Shown here one piece after another: positions 24,401 through 39,400 of a stretch of DNA of 64,000 bases. The translations under genes were made by a program, and so were the position numbers. Position 1 is the stretch's first letter, and every line of letters begins with the position of its first letter. Source of the DNA: Rhina ancylostomus. Lineage: Eukaryota. The notes beneath the pieces were generated by a model, which had not been told where the DNA came from, made no database searches, and worked only from the letters and a program-made list of their open reading frames with translations. Where the stretch lies: the NCBI GenBank assembly GCA_030265395.1, contig JARFYF010000063.1, positions 40,282,213 through 40,346,212 of the forward strand, in the 5' to 3' direction.

Positions 24401-27400
24401 ACCTGTATGTCTTTTGGAAAGTGGAGGAAACTAGAGCACCTGGAGGAAACCCACGCAGACACGGGGAGAAAGTACAAACTCCTTACAGACAGTGGCTGGA
24501 ATTGAACCCTGGTCACTGGTGCTGTAAAAGCATTATACTAAACTCTACACTACCATGCCTGCCCACTACCTTGCTGGCACTTGCCTGTACCTTACTCCTA
24601 TTCACCTATTCTTCATGTACAAGTGAGATAGTCACTGTAAAGTGATTGCTGCAAGTGTGACCATTGGGAGTAGCCTCTGTTTAATTTTTCCTGACCCAAG
24701 TGCCAATTGCAGCACCGTACCACTGCCTTGGTGGATATTTCAGTAAAGATCTGGAATCTTCCTAATCTGCATGGCCTAGTACTTTGCTACAAAATCTGGT
24801 TTCAGGGCAGATCAATAACTTAATTTTGTGAATATTTACCCAGTGCCTGCCACAAATTTACCATTGCTTAAAGCATTAGTTTGGCTAAGTTGGTAACGTG
24901 AGCCAGCAAAGTGAGTGCAAGTCTTGAGCCTAATTTAGATAGAATTTATAACTTTTTTTTAATGTGTTGGAGCTTACTCAATGTAGCACTTATTCAAAAC
25001 TGCAATGCCACAATCATATCCATATCAAAAATAGAAATTCCTTAAAGTTTGTTTTACAATCTATCCAACTTGCATTAGCAAGATACAGAAACTAAAATGC
25101 AATAACTACTAATTTTTTGCTTCTATCCCTTGATAATGCAAGTTGAGTGCACTATAATACATTTCTGTGCAAGTACACTGTGTACAATGTTTTATCATAC
25201 TGCCATCTTCAGCCACATACTCATTCATGTGTGTATTCCTTAAAGCATTGATTGCTATGATCACAACAAAATTGAGATTGGATTCACATAGGTCATGTAC
25301 AGATCAGTCTCAGGTACAAGGAAAATACAAGTAAAGGTTTTACCCTTAGGTAAAAGGAGACTCTGCAATAAGCTCAGAAAAATAACATTTTGAAGATTAA
25401 TAATGGAACAAACTAAATTTTATCCAGACAAATAGTTCAGAGGTCAAATGCCGAGGGGTATTAGAAATTAATAGGGTGGCCTAAGTAGTTAAACAAAATA
25501 GTTACATCATATTGCAATAGATCTGTAAAGAAAGTTGCTGGGACAGATCATTGAACCTGATAGTAGAGTGATGCCTATCTCCGAGGGGGCAGAGACCGAG
25601 AAATGAAATAAGAAATAAAATTGGTAGGGGCTGGTCTGACCAAAAAGGAATGGTTGTGTTATGCTTAATGGACTGTTCCTGTTCAAGAACTTCCTTGCCT
25701 TTTCCTCAGTCACCCAAAAAATGAGAAAAATATAGATTGAGCTTACCTACAAAAAGATGTACATTCTTTAAATTAAAATATCACAACTGTACAAAAGGAG
25801 CAGTGCTTGTAATGTGACACGGGGAACAGCTAGAAAGCATGTCTGCTTCTGGGTCACTTAACTTCACCATCCACCACCAATTTTTTTGGATGGCACAGTG
25901 AGTAGAGGTGCTGCCTTAGGACTCCAGCAACCCAGGGTCAATCCCAATCTCCAGTGCTGTGTAGAGTTTGCATGTTCTATAACTGCACAAGTTTCATCTG
26001 AGTGTTCTAACTTCCTCCCACATCCTAATGATGTGTGGTCAAGTAGGTTAATTGTCTGATGTAACCTGCCCTTAGTGTAGCCAAAAAAGGTGGAATCGGG
26101 GGGGGGGGGGAGCTGGCAGAGTGGATGNNNNNNNNNNNNNNNNNNNNNNNNNNNNNNNNNNNNNNNNNNNNNNNNNNNNNNNNNNNNNNNNNNNNNNNNN
26201 NNNNNNNNNNNNNNNNNNNNNNNNNNNCCCCCAGGAAAGGGGCATGTGGGGAAAACTAAAATGGGATTATTATAGAATTAGGGGAAATGGGTGCTTGATG
26301 GTCAGCTCGAACTTAGTGGGCCAAAAAGGCCCATTCCTTTACTGTACAACTCCATGACTCTAAATTGCTTCCATTCTTTAAGCAGCATCAACACCTGGAG
26401 TTATAGGTCCCCATCCAACTAATCATTCTTCATGAACAAGCTCTTACAGTGCTATGAATATTCAGCTATGACATAACACGTGAGGTAGTGCTAGCTGCTT
26501 AATGAAGTAGTGCAGGGATTTGCTTGATTTGTATTTTCTCCCTCTTCCTAGCCTGTGAAATTACTGACCAAGCCAGGATCAACTCAGCACAAAATCATCA
26601 AGCTAGTGTCGGAGCTCCCTGATCTACTTTATCCAATAATACATCAGGCTGAATATTTAACTATTCCAAAAGTTTGGTCACAATAGATAGTAAAAGACTT
26701 GTAAGAGAGCAAACTTAAATATTTACAGAATCAAACTTCTTTAATTAAATGTTTCAAAATAAATTGGAAGCTTGGAGAAAAAACACTTTCAATATATAGG
26801 AATTCCTCTTAATTCTCATACATTCAGTATCTAGATTCCTTTTAATTCTCATACATTCAGTATCTAGAAGTTTAAAATATTAAGTGCAACGTAACTCAGC
26901 TAATATAAAATGTGCTCTTTTGCAAGTCAGCTGCCTGCTTCCAAAGTTTGATTTCATTAACTTTAAATATCACACCTAATTTGAACATTAAACCAAAGCA
27001 CATAACAATCTGAAGATTCTAACTAACAGTTTTGCTTGGATAGCACAAGGGCCTCAAGGAACTTATGGAAGCTTTCTTAATGAGTCAGTATTATAATGAA
27101 AGCTATTGACACACTTCTGTCTTGCATTTCAATAGTTAGCAATCATTTTATGTAACATATTCTATTCCTGTGACTACAAATGCTCACACAATGTCTGTTT
27201 AGAGTAACAAAGTGGAAAACTGCTCCAGTTCTGATGAAGGAACATTGACCTGAAATGTCAATTCTTACACTCTCAACATACCCTATGAAACATTGCCAGC
27301 ATAATGACAAAGTGGGGAGAAAATTCATTAAAAGAATCACTGTATCAAGGTCAAGAAAAATACCAGAACTATCTGAAGAGATAATGGGCCAAACAAGCTA

Positions 27401-30400
27401 ACGTCCCAGATTCAATCCCTCACCCATGTTTTTAGTAGTCTAGTGTGAAATACCATATCCAATGCTAAGTAGACCACACCTGATGAAAGGAAGATTGTTT
27501 AAAAAAACTGGTTTCTCACTCCACTGAACCAAGCAAAAAAAGGGGCTTGGGTTGGTTTATGATATCCTTCCAAAGCAGAACACATCAACATTGAAGAGCA
27601 CCCACTGAAGTGATACCAAGGACCATTCATCACATGGTTTGCATTTTGTAGAACATTAAAATAATAGATTCCCAAAACTTACATAGCTGCCAGAAGTATA
27701 GATTTTTCATGAACTTGGAATGAAAACAGGAAGAACGACAAGGAACAATTTACCTAGAAATTGCAAAAGTGTAATGTTAAACTCTAGGTTTTTTCCATTT
27801 ACACATTGCAAGAAATTATCAACGTAGTTTTCCTCCAATTCTAATTCACATCTCTTCTAAAGAATCAAACAGTACAGTTTCACAAATGCCAACAACCCTG
27901 AGAAACTTCAGTGTGATCAGGGGTCTTGACCCAGTTGTTAATGAATCAAGATAGAAGGAAGGGATTCAGGGCTTTTCCTGTTATTTTCCACATACACATT
28001 TCTTGGTTTCAGATATACAAATGAGGCAGTTGCCAAATGGAATCCAGAAATTTTCATCACTATTTAAATGTACTCTCTTAATATACAGGATCTCAGAGGA
28101 AATGTATGTAATTTTATAGATGTGGAAAGGGGTCATCAATAAGTCTCAGCACAGTCCAATATAAAAGATAGCCCAGCATCACACTGAACACCAAGTTTAG
28201 TTCACTGCTGAAGAGGGATAGAGATGCAAATAACTCTCAGAAAGCACTGAAAATCTAACTGAAGTCAAAGCATTGAGTATCAATTCACCTGCATATTATA
28301 ACAGTCAGGAGTGGAGACTTGTCAGATTTCTTTTTCCCAACTTATCAACACAAGGACCACACTCCATGCAGTGCTGGTTCAGATCAACCAACTTCAGCAA
28401 GGACTGTGTGTTGCATGTTGCATGATGTTATAACAAGCATTTTTTTAAAAAAACTTATCTTAACTTGGTGATCATCAAAATAAGGTTTGGTGATCTTTGG
28501 AGTCTGGCCACCATGCACTGAGGTATCAAAAAAAACTTGCTTCTACATGCAGTTCTAAAATGATTCATTGATCGACTGCCCATAGGATATTGACCAAACT
28601 TGTTGCCTTGCCTGTTCTAACAAAAGGACAGAACAAAATTTTCAGGTGACTAGTCTATCCCAATTTCCATTCAGAGCAAGAGGGTTTAATTAAAATAGGA
28701 TGAATATTGTTCCTTCTTCCTGGGGTAATGTGCTTAGCAACTGCCCATAGTAGCTTGGAGGAAAAAAAAAGACAGACTGCATTAAATAGTTCACTTGTAT
28801 GGGTGATAAAGGATGCAGAAATGACCATCCATTACTGTACATCATTCATGTCTGTAGCTTTTAAGCTAGATGTTGGTTGAAAATCTGACCCCTGGTAATT
28901 TAGTCCACCAACTGCTTGAATTTGTTTAGATTGTTCATAAATTAGCTAAAACTTAAATGTATGATTAAGTCAAAATAATTTCACATTCAAATAATAAATC
29001 TGCATACCCAATCCACCCAATGCTGTCAGAATTGTTAATTGCAATGATTTACAGGATTTATAGAGCATTTTTGAGTCAATTACTACTGCATTTTAGCAAA
29101 CAGTCAATTCATGAATTCTTTATAGAACAAATTCTTATAGAAAATGAATTTTAATACAAAGTTACAAGCATGTTGCAAAAATAAAACAAACTAGCTGAAT
29201 TTATAATTGTGCTGTCAAGGTTATTCTCCCACCTACTTTTCCCCCTCCTTTCCTGCAGGCACCAACTCTTATTTAAGATCTGCAGCAGCTGCCTACCCTC
29301 TGGAATTTCATCCAAGCCATCAATCTTGACTAAACAGTGAGTGTTGGTAGACTAGCTGGGCCAACAGGCATATATCCAGCTAGAATTGGTTGACAACAGT
29401 CAAGAGTGGGAGCACTCAATTTTTGCTCTTCAGAGACAGGGTGATGCCAATTATACAGCAGAATTACACTGTACTATGCCTTCATCACCCACCAGGCCAA
29501 AGAAGAAACAAGCAGTTAACATGGTGGTTTCCAATGTAGTGTCTGCAGAGTGACCCACCACCCCATCATGGAGGGACCTTGTGACACAGAAAAATCTTGT
29601 CATTATCCGTTTTTACTTTCACTGCCTATATACGACATCACATTCACAGAACAAGTGCCAAGCCACACAAGAGCAACATCTAAAAAGGTGAAGATTAAAA
29701 TTTTCTTTACGCATTTTTATGAATGTTACTGCTTACTATTAGAGGACAAAACAAAAACAAAATTCCTAAGCATTAATCTAACAAATGGGCAAGTGAACAG
29801 AACAATACTGGTAGCACAGAGCAGGAAGACCATAGCTCTGAGTTAGACAACCCATTACGACATGGATATACTAGTGCACTTTGGACTAGGAAGGGGAATA
29901 TCTGCCAATTTCTCTGCTTGACATCATTGCCCAGTGAACTCTACCAGAAAGGAAACAGATATGAACTAAAGGATCTTGGAGAGCAGGCTGACATGAAATA
30001 GAGTAAGAGATGGTTTCTCAGGTGGCATCTTCCCTCAGACCCAACCAATTAGCTATTCTTAAACTGAAAAGAGTATTTAACTGTGTGGAGGTTAACAATA
30101 GTCCACAAATACTCCAAAAAAAAAACACTTCAAAAGGAATCACTAAGCTGAGAAAAAGACTGACCTCTGGTGATTTTGCTTTAGCTGAGAGCAGCCAATT
30201 CTAAATGGGGCAGAAGGGCACAGAATCAAAGGACAATCCTGATCACTACAGCTTAGTACCCCATCAGTTCTTATTGCCATAAGTTAATATAAAAAAAAAT
30301 TTGCATGCAATAATATCAAGTTGTCCCAAATTTAAAAAATAAAAAACTTACCAGTGCAAATTTGAATCCCTTTATTGTGGGATTCATTGTCAGCTTCATG

Positions 30401-33400
30401 CATGTAGGCAAAAGTGTCAGAAGTGTTGCAGCAAAACTGACAAAAGATATAGTTGTTGTTAAACCTCTAGCTAATTAAATCACTTCACATCAAGTGCAAA
30501 ACAAAGACACTCACCTATTGGAATGAATATACATGATTTACCTCACGTCATTTTTGAGAAAGACTTGAGATCAGGAAATCAATGCGTGGAGAATCATTGA
30601 TTAGAAACAAAGAGTTGACGTTAAACACTAACCCACCTGTCTTACCACTTGATGAAAGCAATTTGGAGTATTGTGGGAAAAAGATTTCCTTCATCCACTT
30701 CAATTTACCAAACGATTAGAAATAATGTTTTTTTCTCTAAATGTCTGAGACAAATTAGGGGAATAGGAATGTGGCAAGTGCAGGTCCAAAAAAAAAAATG
30801 GTCCTTAATCAACTGTCCAAAAATCATTTCACATTTTCCTTGCATCCTGTCCTCATGATCCTTTCATTGTATTTTTGAATAATTTAAACCATATTACACA
30901 TGCAATTATTATGTACAGTTCTGAGCACCACACCATAGGAAGGATGGGATTGTGCTGGAGAGTGTGCAGAGGAGATTCACCAGGATGTCACCTGGATTAG
31001 TCATGGGGAGAGATTACAAAGGATAGGTTTGCTTTCCCCGGAGCAAAGGAGTCCAAGGGGGTGACATGATAGAAATATACAAGATTATGAAAGTAGACAG
31101 GGTAGATAATCAAAAACCTTTTCCCATGGTAGGGTTATCAAAAATAAGATGGCACAGGTTTAAGATGAGAGGAAGGAGTTTTAAAAGGAGATCTGAGTAG
31201 CAAGGTTTTTTTTAAAAAAATACACAAGGGTGGTCGATATTTGGAAACTGCTGCCAGTGAATGTGGTGAAATCAGTTACAATTAATGCATTTAAGAGGCA
31301 TCGGGACAGGGACTTAGACAAGGCATAGAAGGATATGGTCCTAATGCGAGAAAGGGGATTAGTGTAGAAGGCAGTAGATTAGCATGGACATGGGGAGCCG
31401 AACGGCCCATTTCTCTGCTGTACAAATCTATGTCTCTACCTTTCCTCTAAACTTGAGTCTTGGTTCTGCAGATGATAGAAATTTATCCCTTCATTTAAGA
31501 ATCTTGCACACTTCCTCAACCTCAAAAAGCAACCCTAGACACTTTAACCTCTCCTCACAGCTGCTTTAACTTAACCTACTTTATTTGTCTGGTTGCCCTT
31601 TGTCCACATGCATCAATGCCTGCATATCTTTGCAATGACCAGAACTGTACACAGCATGTTAATGTGTACAGACTACCACTTCCTGGGATTTGTGCTCTGC
31701 TAACTATACCAATAATGCAGTCAGTTTTTCTCATTAGGTGCTGCACACTTGACTTTAGTGAGCTGCATGCAATCTCACCAAAATCAATCTTCTGTTGTGC
31801 TGCCAAACCAAGAGATTTTGACTGTATATTCCCAATGATATTTTCCCCCTTTAGTCCTGTAATAATCTGTAATTAAATGTTGTCTGCCACTCATTAGTCC
31901 ATCTACTTAACCATTTTACTTTTCCTCTCATTTATTCTTTAAATCTTTCCCTAATTTCATGTCTTCTCAAAACAATATGGTGTCCTCCTGTGTTAAGGTC
32001 AACCATTTTACTTTCAGCTAACATATGGGGTTAATGTACATTAAATGTCACAGAACAATTGTCCTTAATGTCATCTGCAGAACACAGCCACGTACAACAG
32101 CAGCACCAGTTTGCCATCCCAGTAGCATCAGACAGATGAGATTGCTAGTTAGTTGCCCACAATTTAAGACAAGCTGCAATCTTATGCAATGAACACATGC
32201 CCCAGAAACAACTGAAAATCAAAAAAAAATGGAGATGCTGGAAATCTGACATGAAAACAAAAAAATGCTGGAAACAGTCAAGTCAGATAATACCTGTGGA
32301 AAAGGGAAAGTGAGTTACTGTTTCAGGAAAAAAGCCCTTCATCAGAACTAGGAAAGTGAGGAAACAGGCTACTTTTAAATTGCACAAGGAGGTATGGTTA
32401 GTACAAAGGGAATATCTCCAATAGGATGAGGCAGGGTTGCATTAATGCCCTCACTAATCTAATCTACAAAACAGCTCTGTAGACACGTGCAACACCTGAC
32501 AACACTGGCCTCACCATTTGTTTAATCCATCCTTCTTCACCTTCTCTGCAACTTAAAGTTAACTTGTTTTCCCAGTTCTGATGGAAGATTTGTTGATCCA
32601 AAATGTTAACTTTGTTTCTCTTTCCACAGATGCTGCCTAACCTGCTGAATATTTCCAGCATTATTTTTTTAAATAAATCCCAGCATAACTACATTGGTGT
32701 TAACCCTATAATTTTGTTTTTTTTTTGGCTGGATTTATTTTCAAATTACAAAAATAGTCACATCCCTCTCCCAGTCAGAAATAAAATTCTAGCTTTGGGG
32801 AACACTTCTTTATTCTCCATCTCTTCTGAAGTCTCCATGTCACCAGTACCGAAAGCCCTGATTATCCCCCAAGACACTGCTTTTATGTAGGTTAAATCTA
32901 TCAATCACTGACCAAAGCAAAGTGTCCTAAACAAGCATATGCAATATTCGCATTTTTCAGCAGAAGCCAGCAGATTTTCCCCACTGTGGAAGATGGCACA
33001 GGCAGGGTCTGTAAAGTGACTCAGCTCTAATTGGCCAGCTCAGACAGGTCACAGCTTCCTGGTCCAAAAGGCCCAGTCGTACAGGACGCAACATCTTCAT
33101 TCACCAGGTTATTACAGGAACAACAAAATGATAAATTTAAGGTCACTTGCTTTGGTCTAACTTTGGGGGTGGAGCACTTCACACAAACGAGTGAACCAAA
33201 TCAGTTGTTAACAGTTCAAATCACTTCAAGTAGCCAGTGAAAAGGGCATTTGCCCAAGAGGAAATAAACCAGGATACCATAGAGAAAAAATTTGTGTATA
33301 TTACGTGGTTTGTGTTCTACAGATATTGTTAACATCGAAATTCAGTGTGCATTTTTAAATTCAATCCCGGACAAATTTGGGCTGTACAACTCCATGACTC

Positions 33401-36400
33401 AATGATTCTATATAAGTATCGAATGAGTCTCTCACCACACCAGCCACCCCCACCACNNNNNNNNNNNNNNNNNNNCTTTTGTTACCCATCTTTAGCTAAC
33501 TGACCTGGCCACCTCAATTGATGCCCATTCACAAATCCCCATATTATAGTTTCCTCGAATACACAAATGAACTGATCTCAGTGTCAGAGGTAGTCATACA
33601 GAGAGAGAAAAACAATAAATGATCTTCCATTTAAAAATAGAGCTTTTAAAATTAAATTCATAGTATTTGCAATTACTTTAAAAATACCAACTCACCAATT
33701 GCTATGCTAACAACTGAAATATTTAAACTACACAAAATTGCTCAACAGAAACAAAAAGATTACCTGAGCCAAATCTGTGTCTGTTGTGATAGAATCTTCT
33801 TCACCTTTAAGATTATAGATAAACTGCACCATACATTTCCAACTTTATCCTATTTAGAAACACATGTAACCATTTATCAGACACAATGTCTTGCAAAATA
33901 TCAACTTGAATGCAATCCAGCACTTTCCTGATCCAAAGTTTTAAACTACTCATTAATCAAAATTTACCACACGAAATGAGAGACATTTATTGAATTGGTT
34001 CCTCAGTCCACCAATATACTGTACCTCTTATGAAAAGGGGGTGCCATAGCACATGCAGATTGTGAACAGTATATGAACTGGCAAGGCCATGATGAAAGGG
34101 CTCTGATTACCTGGATTGCTTTTACACAGTTAGTACAGATTCAGAATGAATGACCTCCTTCTGTGTTTTAACTGTTTTAAAATTCTGGGAATTTTAGTTC
34201 TCCTTTAACAGCAAATATTCATTCAAAATGGTTATTGAGATCAGGGATTCTACAAGTACTAAAGATCCAGGATTTAAAAAGGCAACTCAAGTGTATTTTC
34301 AGAACAAATATTTATCAATTCTCCTACTACCCACCTGTAATATTCTTTTCCCACTATTCCCCTGCCCATAGAACTACCGTGGCAAGTTATTGATTCCTAG
34401 GTATATATCTGGATTCTTTGCAAAGGAGTTATTTTTCCACCATCTTAGGAGCATTTGTTGAATCTATCCCATGTGATTGAAAACTATTGATAAACAAGTT
34501 ATTTGCCTTAAGTGTGTGTAATAAAGCCAGAAAAAATATCAGAAGTGTTTTATTACCCATTGAACTGAAAACATATGCAGAACATTCAACAGAAACATTT
34601 TGTGGAAAAGGAAGTTGAATAAATTCCAGTTGAATCAAATTGAAGTTGACAGAAACACTAAAGCATTTAACAAGATGAACAAAAGCTGCACAAGATGTTT
34701 CCTGTACAGTTCAGATCTGTGATCAAGGTTACTTATGCGGTTTGGCAGGATTGACTAAAATGGTTGCAATATTATACTGAGCAAGTCTTGATTCAAATAT
34801 TTTAGGGATTTCAAATCTTTCTTCCTGTAGAGATTTTGACTGCAATTACTTCAACTGAGATTAAATTGGCAGGGTCTCTGGCATTTCTTGTACTTTCAAG
34901 TTATATTGTTTTGATGTTTTTGAATATTTATTGAAGTTTGGTGCCCATGCTGTGAAAACTAAAGATAGATTCCTGGTTACATTTTTTCCTTTAATGTCTT
35001 AACTACTCAGCACAATTCTGCAATATGATTATCATGTCGTATGACCTTAACCGACTTATTAAGAGACAAACTAGGGAAACAACTAACGACCCAAAAATAG
35101 GACATCAATTAGGCAATGGATTCTACATCACAGAGAAAAATACAACACCACACTAGCCTCACCATCCACCATGTCATCTCTTCTCTAACTGTGGGCAAGT
35201 TCAGGATTTCTACATTTGCACAAATGCTGAACCTCGTCAGCTGAGGTTGCCCATTTTTTTGGTGGAGTCAGAGTCTAATGGCAGAGCACTGACATTCTGT
35301 AATTCCCCAGCTGAACCTATGCCAGGTTAAGTCCTGCACAGGAAGAACAACTCCAATCATATTAATACAGAAGAACAGCTGAAAGGGACCAAGTAATAAG
35401 TCATTTATCTTTATTTTTAAAAAATATATATTTAAATGTTTAATTGTATTTTGCACAGTTTAAATTATTAGCAACTTAATTAAATATTTTAATGATCCTG
35501 ACTATCAGAGACATTAATAAACATTCATGGTTTTGACATTTGACTAAGACAGGAAATACAATTTATCCAGCAGCCAAGATCTTTCAACTTTATTATCGAT
35601 TCTACAAGGTGCTGGGATACACACCCCAAAGGTCCTGCACGGCAGAGAACTTTGCCAACAAGTAGAGGGTGGTTTTGGCAAGGAAGCTGCTGAGAAATGT
35701 GCAGAAAGTTGTGAAAGACTAGTTGGTAGGTGGATGACAAATCCAAGTAGCCTAACATTGGCATGAGATATTGGACTATTATATCCATGCCCTTTTTTTT
35801 GTCTCTATTGTATGCAATCCTTGCAAATGAGATGCAATGGCCTAGGATGCAGCCACTTTAGGTAGTTTACTGAAGTGAACAGAGGTCACCCTTGCTCCTC
35901 AATGAATTGACACTGAATTATTCCACCTAGTTGTGCAGCTACACAACACTGATATAATTCTGACTCAAGTTTTCATAATTCAACAAACTCCATGACACTG
36001 GAGTAACAGCACTTCACTTGCTAATATTGGACATAGTTAATTGTAAACCATGCAAGTGCCAATTAACCTACCAGCTTAAATTTTCTAGGATCCTGAAAGC
36101 CATGGCTAAACTATACAATAGCACAGACTAGTGGTCATTCACAGGAAGTGTTAGAATATCAGAATGGGTCATAAAAAAATCTAATCAGTTATTTTTCTTA
36201 AATTAAAACATGAAGGTAAAGTGAAAAGCCCTTGCACTTTTGGCAATGACAAGGCCGAAAATAGAAAAAAAAACAGGTTAGTTGGGAAGCATTAATTAGT
36301 TGAGTTCAACCATTTTTTAAGAAACTTCATTTATGAGGAACAGGAAAAATTGAGTTTAAATGTTTTCATAGTAATGAGATTCAAATAAAGCATAAATTAC

Positions 36401-39400
36401 AGTTTACAGTGCAACAGATTTTCATTTCATGCAATGCAGGGAGGAATAAGAGCCCGCAAGCAACATTTTTGGAATTTTGGAAAAATTGTTCAAGTTCTAA
36501 GAAGCAGTAGTATCAATAAAATGCAGATTGCTGCAATGGGAACACTGTTTGGACATTGGTGATTACAAAGACAGTGGAGAGAATACAAACATAGGCATAG
36601 ACCATGGAAAAAGGGTCTTTGCCCACCAATTTTGTACCAACAGTCAAACACCCCTTTACCCTAATCTTGCAATAATTCCAGATTATTACCCTCACATTCC
36701 CATTAACCCTCTGGATTCTACCATTCAATGACACACTATGGGCAATTTACAGCAGTAAATTACCAGCTTAATCTACCAGACCTATACGTCTTTGGGAAGA
36801 GGAAATGGAGCAGCTGGAGGAAACTCATGTGGTCACAGGGAGAATGTGCAAACTCCACAAAGGCAGCATCGTAGGTCAGGATTGCACCCAAGTCACCGGT
36901 GCTGAGGTAGTTCTGTGAGCTGAGCTATGTGCCACCCCTAATATATTGAGCTTGAACATGAAATCCATTACAACTCTTTTTCCATTAACATGGCAACTGG
37001 GAAAGCAGCCTCAACAACATTTCTGTCCCACAGTGGTAGATTTCTCCATTTTTCTATTCTCATATTTTGTCATTTGAGGCATTTCATCATTGTTTGGTGT
37101 GTGATACTGTAAACAGCACCACAGTACTTTTCCACACCCACAAGTCTTACAGGTTACCCTGAAACATTGTTTTTGATGTATTAACATATGACAAAACTCA
37201 ATCCTGTAAGTGCTGAGTAATTCTGACTAGGAAGATCCCAGGCTAAAGGGCTGGAAGAGAAACAAGCAACAGATATCTGTGTGCAGACTGCAAGGAGCAC
37301 AGGATCCTTCTTAGGTCAGGTTTATTGCAGCACAATCTAGTCAGCTCGTGCTGCATTGACCAAGCACTGGAAATTTTTATGGTGCTATCCCCTCTGACTG
37401 TTCCAGTGACTATAAAGTGCCTAGCCCTGTGCTTTGAATTTTAATTAGTGCTAATATCAGTTTCAAAATTCCTTCCAAGTCAACACAACAAATCCATTAA
37501 TTGAACATTCATCTTACGAAGATTTATGGAAATTTGCTGCATACAATATGGATGCTTCATCTTTCCTAAAAAGCAAAGTTTTATTCCCTCATACATACAC
37601 ATTGATGTGGAAATTCAGACACCTCCCTTTTGAGATTATTTGCAAGTCACTCCATTAGATGAATTTACTGCTTCATACAAGTATAAAGGTATCACAAAGG
37701 CAGGCAGTTGTCAGCCCTGCAAATTCCTTCTCACTGACTTGGAGCCTGCCAACATTTGGAGAGCTATCAGCCTGGACTCACAATCAAGTCAAGGTAAACA
37801 TTAGCGATATGATGGTTTATTTAAGATTAATCAGTACAGATTATGATTATCATTGATTACTACATTACTGACACCAGCTTGGTGTATTCCAGATCGACTT
37901 ATTTAATTAACAAAATTTTAGTTCCCAATTTGAATTCCTATCTCTGAATGATAAACTCAAGACTCTGCATTATTTACCTATTACCATGAACCTTTTGACT
38001 ACTGTGGTGGATGCACTTTAGAATTGTACTAGAAGCACCTTTGAAGATTTAAAAGATGTGATAAGTTGTTAAGCAACTGAAAATCTTTTAAAAATCTTTC
38101 TTCTAAAGAAATTTAAATTTGAATACCTGCTTCAATCCATACACATTTCTCTCATGTCTGCTACAAGACAGCTAAAAACTCAAACATCTGATTTAAAATA
38201 TATTATCATGAATACTCGTCTACCTTAACTGGCATCTGATTAAGCCAAGAACGGAAGAATGCTGCAAAAAGTAACAAGATCTTTCACTACTTAAATATCT
38301 TAAGTTCAAAGCAATTACCTACATTAACCATTTCAATAGATTTGGTGCATTACCATTTTTAATACACCATCACAAATGAGCGTGGAATAAGTAGTAACAA
38401 TGCCGCTCAGTGACTTATGGAATAAATGCTCTTCCCACATAGTTCAAGACCAAGCAGACATAAAAGCTGTAGGTTTCATTTCCTATCTGTACTGATTTAG
38501 CTAAGGGAACTGGAGAGATTTATTTGGGGAGCCAGATAAGGAAATGTTGCTTCCAATTGTTGTAATGGACATGTGGGACATGGAAAGGGGATGCTTGCTT
38601 CCAAATTTTGTTAGTGAATCAAGGGCAAAGCATTTGTATACCCTAGCAGAATAAGTATAGGAATAGCCTTTCATTTAATATCACAAGCAGCTAGAGTATT
38701 GATTTTTAGTAATTGGATGGAGGCCAGCACCTGGGATGCCACAAATACATGGAAACCACCAGTAGCTGAACCACTTCCACCCTGATATGCACAGACAGCA
38801 TCAACATCAAAATCAAGAATTACTAAGACATCAAAACAGATTTCATGTAAAAAAAATGTACTTCATTCATTCTGTTGGATCAGAAAATACTTTTAATCAA
38901 TATTCTTTTGCTTCAAATTACTTCTGTTGCTAGAGAACTACACAAATGAATGATGCTGGAACTGGTTATTGAATGGACCAGAATTGAGTTATGGTTAAGC
39001 ACTGTCACAAATTTGTTTGCTGTTAAGTTCAGCAAAGTTATTGCTCAGTGTATCAAACACCAAATGGCAGAAGTCTAATGTGACTAATATGCATAGTCCT
39101 GACTGAGTCAACAGAATCTGTAGCGTTTATGATACAAGTGCAAGCCAATTTCAAGGGTTAAGTTTGAGCCAGATTGGATCTATAAATGGGCTGTGGATGG
39201 CTATGATATCAGTATCAAGAATGCAATATCTGATACCTCTGTTCAAGACAGGAAATAGAAACAGCAGAGACAGTTGTCAATGTCACAACTGGAGGGGACA
39301 TAACTCCACAGGCAAGCTGGCCACGCCTCAGACCGATGGAACCATTTCCCTCATACATGGCACAGATAGAATATCTGCCCCAAATTTGATGAGGACACAG

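Noticed and set aside
17154-24645. Similar ORFs at 17.2, 18.8 and 24.3 kb suggesting a gene family
   Set aside because: They are translations of three copies of the same V-SINE.
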